A DNA stretch of 63,208 nucleotides, counting the filler. It is 6 parts of 6 records of this genome, joined end to end, with 100 filler letters (N's around TTAATTAATTAA, not from the genome) between each part and the next. Parts side by side here need not be neighbours in the genome. Positions count along the whole stretch, not along the records: positions 56,274 to 63,208 come from SRR31156797_25206; 5 more parts are not named here. One strand, written 5' to 3'. Below, piece by piece: positions 59,229 through 63,208 of this stretch. Position 1 is the stretch's first letter; each line of letters begins with the position of its first letter. The notes beneath the pieces were generated by a model. It saw only the letters and a list, made by a program, of their open reading frames with translations, searched no databases and was not told the DNA's origin. The position numbers and the translations under genes were made by a program.

Positions 59229-60575
59229 ATGAGTTCAAACAGAAGAGATTTTATTAAAAAAGCAACGGCAGGAGCTGCAGGAGTAGCTGTTGGTGGAACT
59301 GCAATGGGAATGTCGGCTAAAAGTTACGCTCGCATAATTGGGGCCAACGACAAAATAAATGTGGCTATTGTTGGTTTGGGTAGAAGGCTGGGGGCATATT
59401 ATCAGCCAATTGCAAAAAAAGAAAATAATGTTGAACTGGTTTATTTATGCGATGTAATGAAAAGTCAGCGCGAAAAGGCAGCTGCAAGTTTTGAAAAACA
59501 TATCGATTATAAACCGAAATTAGAAAATGATATTCGTAAAGTAATCGATGATTCCAGTGTCGATGCAATAATAAATGCAACTCCCGATCATTGGCATACA
59601 CCGGGCTCAATTATGGCTATAAAAGGAGGAAAACATGTATATGTTGAAAAACCCTGCAGTCATAATATGAACGAAAGCGAGCTGCTGGTTGCTGCAATGA
59701 AAAAGTACGGTAAAGTGGTTCAAATGGGAAATCAGCAACGTTCATCGGGGCATACTATTGAAATTATTAAAGAAATTCATAATGGAATAATTGGAGTTCC
59801 GTACCGCGCAGTTGCGTTTTATGTAAATTCTCGTGGCGAAGTGCCTGTGCAGAAAAAAACAGCTGTACCCGATGGTTTGGACTGGGAACTTTTCCAGGGA
59901 CCGGCAATTCGTCGTGAATACACCGAAGAAACCTGGAATTACAACTGGCATTGGTACGGGTGGAATTACGGAACCGGTGAAACGGGAAATAATGCAACAC
60001 ATGAACTGGATGTCGCACGTTGGGCACTTCAGGTAGATTACCCCTTGCATGTTGATGTTGAAGCTGGGAAAAGACATTTTTTCGATGATGGTTGGGAAAT
60101 GTACGATACCATGGATGCTACATTTAAGTTTAATGGCGAAAAGGTAATTAAATGGGATGGAAGAAGTCGTTCTGGTCATGATACCTACGCAATGGGTGGA
60201 AGAGGAACGATTATTTTTGGAAGTGAAGGAACTGTTTTTGTCGATCGCGAAAAATATATTCTTTACGACAGAAATGGAAAAGTTGTGAAAGAAAGTAATT
60301 CCGATTCCAGCGAAGCAGGAACCGCATTAGGTGGCGGTGGCGATATGACCACCGGGCATGTAGAAAACTGGTTTAACGGAATTCGTGGAAAGGATACATT
60401 AAAAGCACATATTGCCGATGCTGTTATCAGCCAGGCAATGGTGCATTATTCAAATATTGCATACCGCATTGGAAGAGGTTTCGATATCGACGATGTGTCG
60501 GGAAGAATGTTTGATCGCGATGCCATGAAATTGTGGACCCGCGATTATGCGCCCGGGTGGAAACCTGAGATTTAA
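59229..60575 (+). CDS. Tat-exported Gfo/Idh/MocA family oxidoreductase
   Basis: NRRDFIKK Tat motif; GLGRR, ATPDHWH, HVYVEKP, QMGNQQRS and GNNATHELD motifs. Confidence 0.92.
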   Translation: MSSNRRDFIKKATAGAAGVAVGGTAMGMSAKSYARIIGANDKINVAIVGLGRRLGAYYQPIAKKENNVELVYLCDVMKSQREKAAASFEKHIDYKPKLENDIRKVIDDSSVDAIINATPDHWHTPGSIMAIKGGKHVYVEKPCSHNMNESELLVAAMKKYGKVVQMGNQQRSSGHTIEIIKEIHNGIIGVPYRAVAFYVNSRGEVPVQKKTAVPDGLDWELFQGPAIRREYTEETWNYNWHWYGWNYGTGETGNNATHELDVARWALQVDYPLHVDVEAGKRHFFDDGWEMYDTMDATFKFNGEKVIKWDGRSRSGHDTYAMGGRGTIIFGSEGTVFVDREKYILYDRNGKVVKESNSDSSEAGTALGGGGDMTTGHVENWFNGIRGKDTLKAHIADAVISQAMVHYSNIAYRIGRGFDIDDVSGRMFDRDAMKLWTRDYAPGWKPEI

Positions 60576-60599
60576 AAATCAATTAAAATAATCAATATG

Positions 60600-60630
60600 A
60601 ACTCTCCGAAAATTTCGGGGAGTTTTTTTT
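60600..60630 (+). terminator. Intrinsic terminator
   Basis: AACTCTCCGAA...TTCGGGGAGTT stem followed by a T-tract. Confidence 0.8.
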
Positions 60631-60724
60631 ATGAATTCATTTCCAATGTTTAATAAAAAAGTCTGGTGTTTGAATTCAATTCAATAAGTTTGTAGGAATT
60701 ATTATTCTCCTTTGTACATTTAAA

Positions 60725-61645
60725 ATGAATGAACCTGAAATATTTAACGACTCTTTCTTTTCCATGGAAATACATTGCGATATGGTTTTTACCGGAATTG
60801 AATCTGAAACAGCAAAACAACTTTTTCAAACCATAAAAAGCGAAGTCGATTATTTTGATAAAATTCTAAACAAATCAAATCCACAATCAGAAGTTTCAAT
60901 TTTAAATAAAACCGATAAAAATATTTGGTTGAATGTTTCTGATGAGTTTTGGAGTATAATTACCATTTGTTACGATTTTTTTCAAATAAGTAACGGAGCA
61001 TTCGAAATTACGGTTTCCCCATTAATCGATTTATGGAAAAGTAAAACCATAATTTCAGAAAAACAGAAAAAGGAAGCTTTAAAAAGGAGTGGATTTGATA
61101 ATGTTGAATTGGATTTTGATAAACAAAGAATTCGATTTAAAACTGATGGTGTTGAATTTGATTTTGGAGCAATTGGTAAAGGATATATTCTTGATTCCTT
61201 AAAACCGCTCCTGAAACAAAACAATGTTGAAAATGCGATAATCAGTTTTGGTGGAAGTTCAATACTTGCTGTTGGAAATCACCCAAGTGGTGAAAAATGG
61301 CCAATTGGAATTTCAGATTTATTCAATGAAAACGAGTATATTCATCTGTTTTCTGTTTGCAATGAAACAGTTTCTACTTCGCAGACAGTTTCAACCGAAG
61401 GTGGCGATGAAATTAAAAATAGCAATCGTATTATTAGTCCGGCTACAGGATTGCCAGTAGAAGAATTTAAAATGGTTTCTGTAAAATCGGAGTTGGCTGT
61501 TTTAGGAGAGTTTATTTCAACTACCTGGCTTATTCTTCCCGAAAACGATAAAGAAATTCTATCAGAGCAATTTAAGGAAATTGAAATATTGGAGGTTTTT
61601 TATGCCAATAAAATAGATTTTCAGACAAAACTTACCATTCTGTAA
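60725..61645 (+). CDS. apbE: FAD:protein FMN transferase (ApbE family), no signal peptide
   Basis: SNGAFEITV.PL..LW, FDFGAIGKGY, FGGSSILA.G, STS and IISPATG motifs. Confidence 0.82.
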   Translation: MNEPEIFNDSFFSMEIHCDMVFTGIESETAKQLFQTIKSEVDYFDKILNKSNPQSEVSILNKTDKNIWLNVSDEFWSIITICYDFFQISNGAFEITVSPLIDLWKSKTIISEKQKKEALKRSGFDNVELDFDKQRIRFKTDGVEFDFGAIGKGYILDSLKPLLKQNNVENAIISFGGSSILAVGNHPSGEKWPIGISDLFNENEYIHLFSVCNETVSTSQTVSTEGGDEIKNSNRIISPATGLPVEEFKMVSVKSELAVLGEFISTTWLILPENDKEILSEQFKEIEILEVFYANKIDFQTKLTIL

Positions 61646-61763
61646 TTTTCTTCAGAATTCAATTGAAACTTAATTAACTTTTTCAGGTTACCCTTTGGTT
61701 TTATTAATTCGTTTGGTATTTTTATCAAGTACCCAACTATTTCATAAAACGAAAAAAATAAAC

Positions 61764-62681
61764 ATGAAAAAAGGCTTTATACTTCTTTTTTTTATTTCTG
61801 TTTGGTTCGGCGGATTTTCGCAGGTAAAAATGCAAAAAGCTGAGGGTGGTTTTCTTTTTACCGAGAATAATAAGAATGTTCTTTTCTATCAGGTTGAACC
61901 TAAAAGTCAAAATGGGGAATATGAACGTTGTAACTACATTCATCCTTTATGGGGAATTAATGGAGCTGTTTTAACCGAGGATTTTCCGGTAGATCATGTG
62001 CACCAGCGTGGGGTATTTTGGGCATGGCATCAGATTTGGATTGGCGACCAGCGAATTGCTGATAGTTGGGAGTTAAAAGATTTTGAACAGGAAGTTACGG
62101 AAATTGAATTTATTTCAAATAAAGATGGTGCAGCAAAATTGCGTTCGGAAGTTTTATGGAAATCGAATAAGTGGAAAAGACTAGGTGAAAAAGTTCCGTT
62201 TATAAAAGAAAATACAATTATCACAATTTATGCTGAAAAAAATAAAATGCGCAGAATTGATTTTGAAATTCGATTATTAGCCCTGGAAAAAATGGTTAAA
62301 ATTGGCGGCTCAGAAGATGAAAAAGCGTATGGTGGTTTTTCGGTTCGTATGGTTCTGCCAAACGATGTTTCATTTGCTGGCCCAACTGGTAAAATTGCAC
62401 CAATGAATACGCAAATAGAATCGGAAGGTTATGTAAATGTTTCCGGTTCGTTTTATGATAAAAAAACTAAGGAAGGAATTGTTATTATTGATAATCAGGA
62501 AAATTCGGGATATCCTCAAAACTATATTTTAAGGGATAAGAACAGCATGCAAAATATAGTATTTCCGGGTGAACAAGCGGTAGAAGTTTCTGAAACAAAA
62601 CCATTGGTTTTAAAATATTCATTGGTTGTTTATTCCGGTAAAATGGCAGATAAAAAAATTCAAAGAATAATAAATCAGTAA
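61764..62681 (+). CDS. Secreted PmoA-like / DUF6807-type protein
   Basis: Signal peptide from MKKGF; YIHPL, LTEDFP.DH.HQRG.FWAW and YGGFSVR motifs. Confidence 0.78.
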   Translation: MKKGFILLFFISVWFGGFSQVKMQKAEGGFLFTENNKNVLFYQVEPKSQNGEYERCNYIHPLWGINGAVLTEDFPVDHVHQRGVFWAWHQIWIGDQRIADSWELKDFEQEVTEIEFISNKDGAAKLRSEVLWKSNKWKRLGEKVPFIKENTIITIYAEKNKMRRIDFEIRLLALEKMVKIGGSEDEKAYGGFSVRMVLPNDVSFAGPTGKIAPMNTQIESEGYVNVSGSFYDKKTKEGIVIIDNQENSGYPQNYILRDKNSMQNIVFPGEQAVEVSETKPLVLKYSLVVYSGKMADKKIQRIINQ

Positions 62682-62684
62682 AAA

Positions 62685-62718
62685 AAACTGCTTGCCGGTT
62701 AATAGCGGCAAGCAGTTT
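62685..62718. terminator. Bidirectional intrinsic terminator
   Basis: AAACTGCTTGCCG...CGGCAAGCAGTTT between convergent genes. Confidence 0.8.
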
Positions 62719-62742
62719 CAATCCATACAATATTTTTATAAA

Positions 62743-63207
62743 CTAGTTTTCAGGATAGAAAACTGAGTTAAAGAAAGTTTCCATTTCATTAATATAATAC
62801 ACGCCGTATTTTTTAAATGTTTCTTTAGTACGTGCATCGGGTTTCCAATCGAAAAAGGCATGTCCTGCACCACCAACCTGAACATATTGAACAGTTTGTC
62901 CGGCTTCAGCAAGTGCGTCAACATAAGCTTTTACAGCTTCATCCTGAATAAGAAAATCATTTGTTCCACGTGTTAAATAATGTGGCACAGCTCTTTCTGT
63001 TACATTTGGAATATTACTTAGAGGAGCAATTCCTTCTTTCCAGGTATCGTCGGCTGCCGGATCTTCAGAATAGTGATTTAATAAATCTCCGCCAAAAACA
63101 CCATAACTTGGTGCAGCCGCCTGAATAGCCGCCATCATTTCTTCACGTACCTGAGCTACGGTTTTATTTTCAGGAATATACGAAGGCATAAATTCAAATA
63201 CTCCGGG
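62743..63207 (-). CDS. Alpha/beta hydrolase (esterase-like), C-terminal fragment
   Basis: Frame open to the window edge; RGTND (Asp) and GAGHAFFDW (His) catalytic-triad contexts. Confidence 0.75.
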   Translation of the reverse strand, partial: PGVFEFMPSYIPENKTVAQVREEMMAAIQAAAPSYGVFGGDLLNHYSEDPAADDTWKEGIAPLSNIPNVTERAVPHYLTRGTNDFLIQDEAVKAYVDALAEAGQTVQYVQVGGAGHAFFDWKPDARTKETFKKYGVYYINEMETFFNSVFYPEN

Positions 63208-63208
63208 A

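Noticed and set aside
61764-62681. Methane monooxygenase subunit
   Set aside because: The PmoA label on this soluble secreted family is a naming artefact; there are no TM helices and no pmoCAB context.

Overview
This window is not one locus. It is six unrelated contigs joined by artificial 100-nt spacers (N-run + TTAATTAATTAA + N-run), so neighbourhood inferences hold only within a contig. All taxonomic assignments below are inferences from composition, promoter style and gene content. Contig 1 (1-10050, mid/high GC): a CheB-CheR-PAS fusion, a 3'-truncated PAS/GAF/PocR histidine kinase that the ORF track misses, and a secreted GH3-Ig-CBM6 glucosidase ending in a dockerin-like tail. Contig 2 (10151-16615, AT-rich Bacteroidota): uvrA 3' end, OsmC, MATE, DHOD-like protein, yggS, pabB. 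Contig 3 (16716-26615, Desulfobacterota-like): an operon of pyrrolysine-free MttB, BCCT transporter and MtaA-like methyltransferase. Upstream lie a structured leader and an array of five GATGC-N6-GCATC palindromes at about 30-bp period, then a GC-rich ABC cassette, a GMP reductase/IMPDH-family gene and a REC-HPt fragment. Contig 4 (26716-47803, Bacteroidota): GT4, a four-gene cluster of exported proteins (COG3014-like, lipoprotein, WG/LRR, FISUMP), T9SS cargo, AbgT, TPR kinase, a REP-like element within octamer repeats, uvrA, and an ECF sigma with a small ORF. Contig 5 (47904-56173): a PAS kinase and sigma54 activator upstream of a sigma54 promoter driving a divergent FAD oxidoreductase, CCG Fe-S protein, 62-aa protein and EtfBA. 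Contig 6 (56274-63208, Bacteroidota): GH42, a candidate sRNA, a Tat TIM-barrel and Gfo/Idh/MocA pair, ApbE, a PmoA-like protein and a hydrolase fragment. The best candidates for undescribed biology are the palindrome array, leader and methyltransferase operon in contig 3, and the sigma54-controlled oxidoreductase-ETF operon in contig 5.
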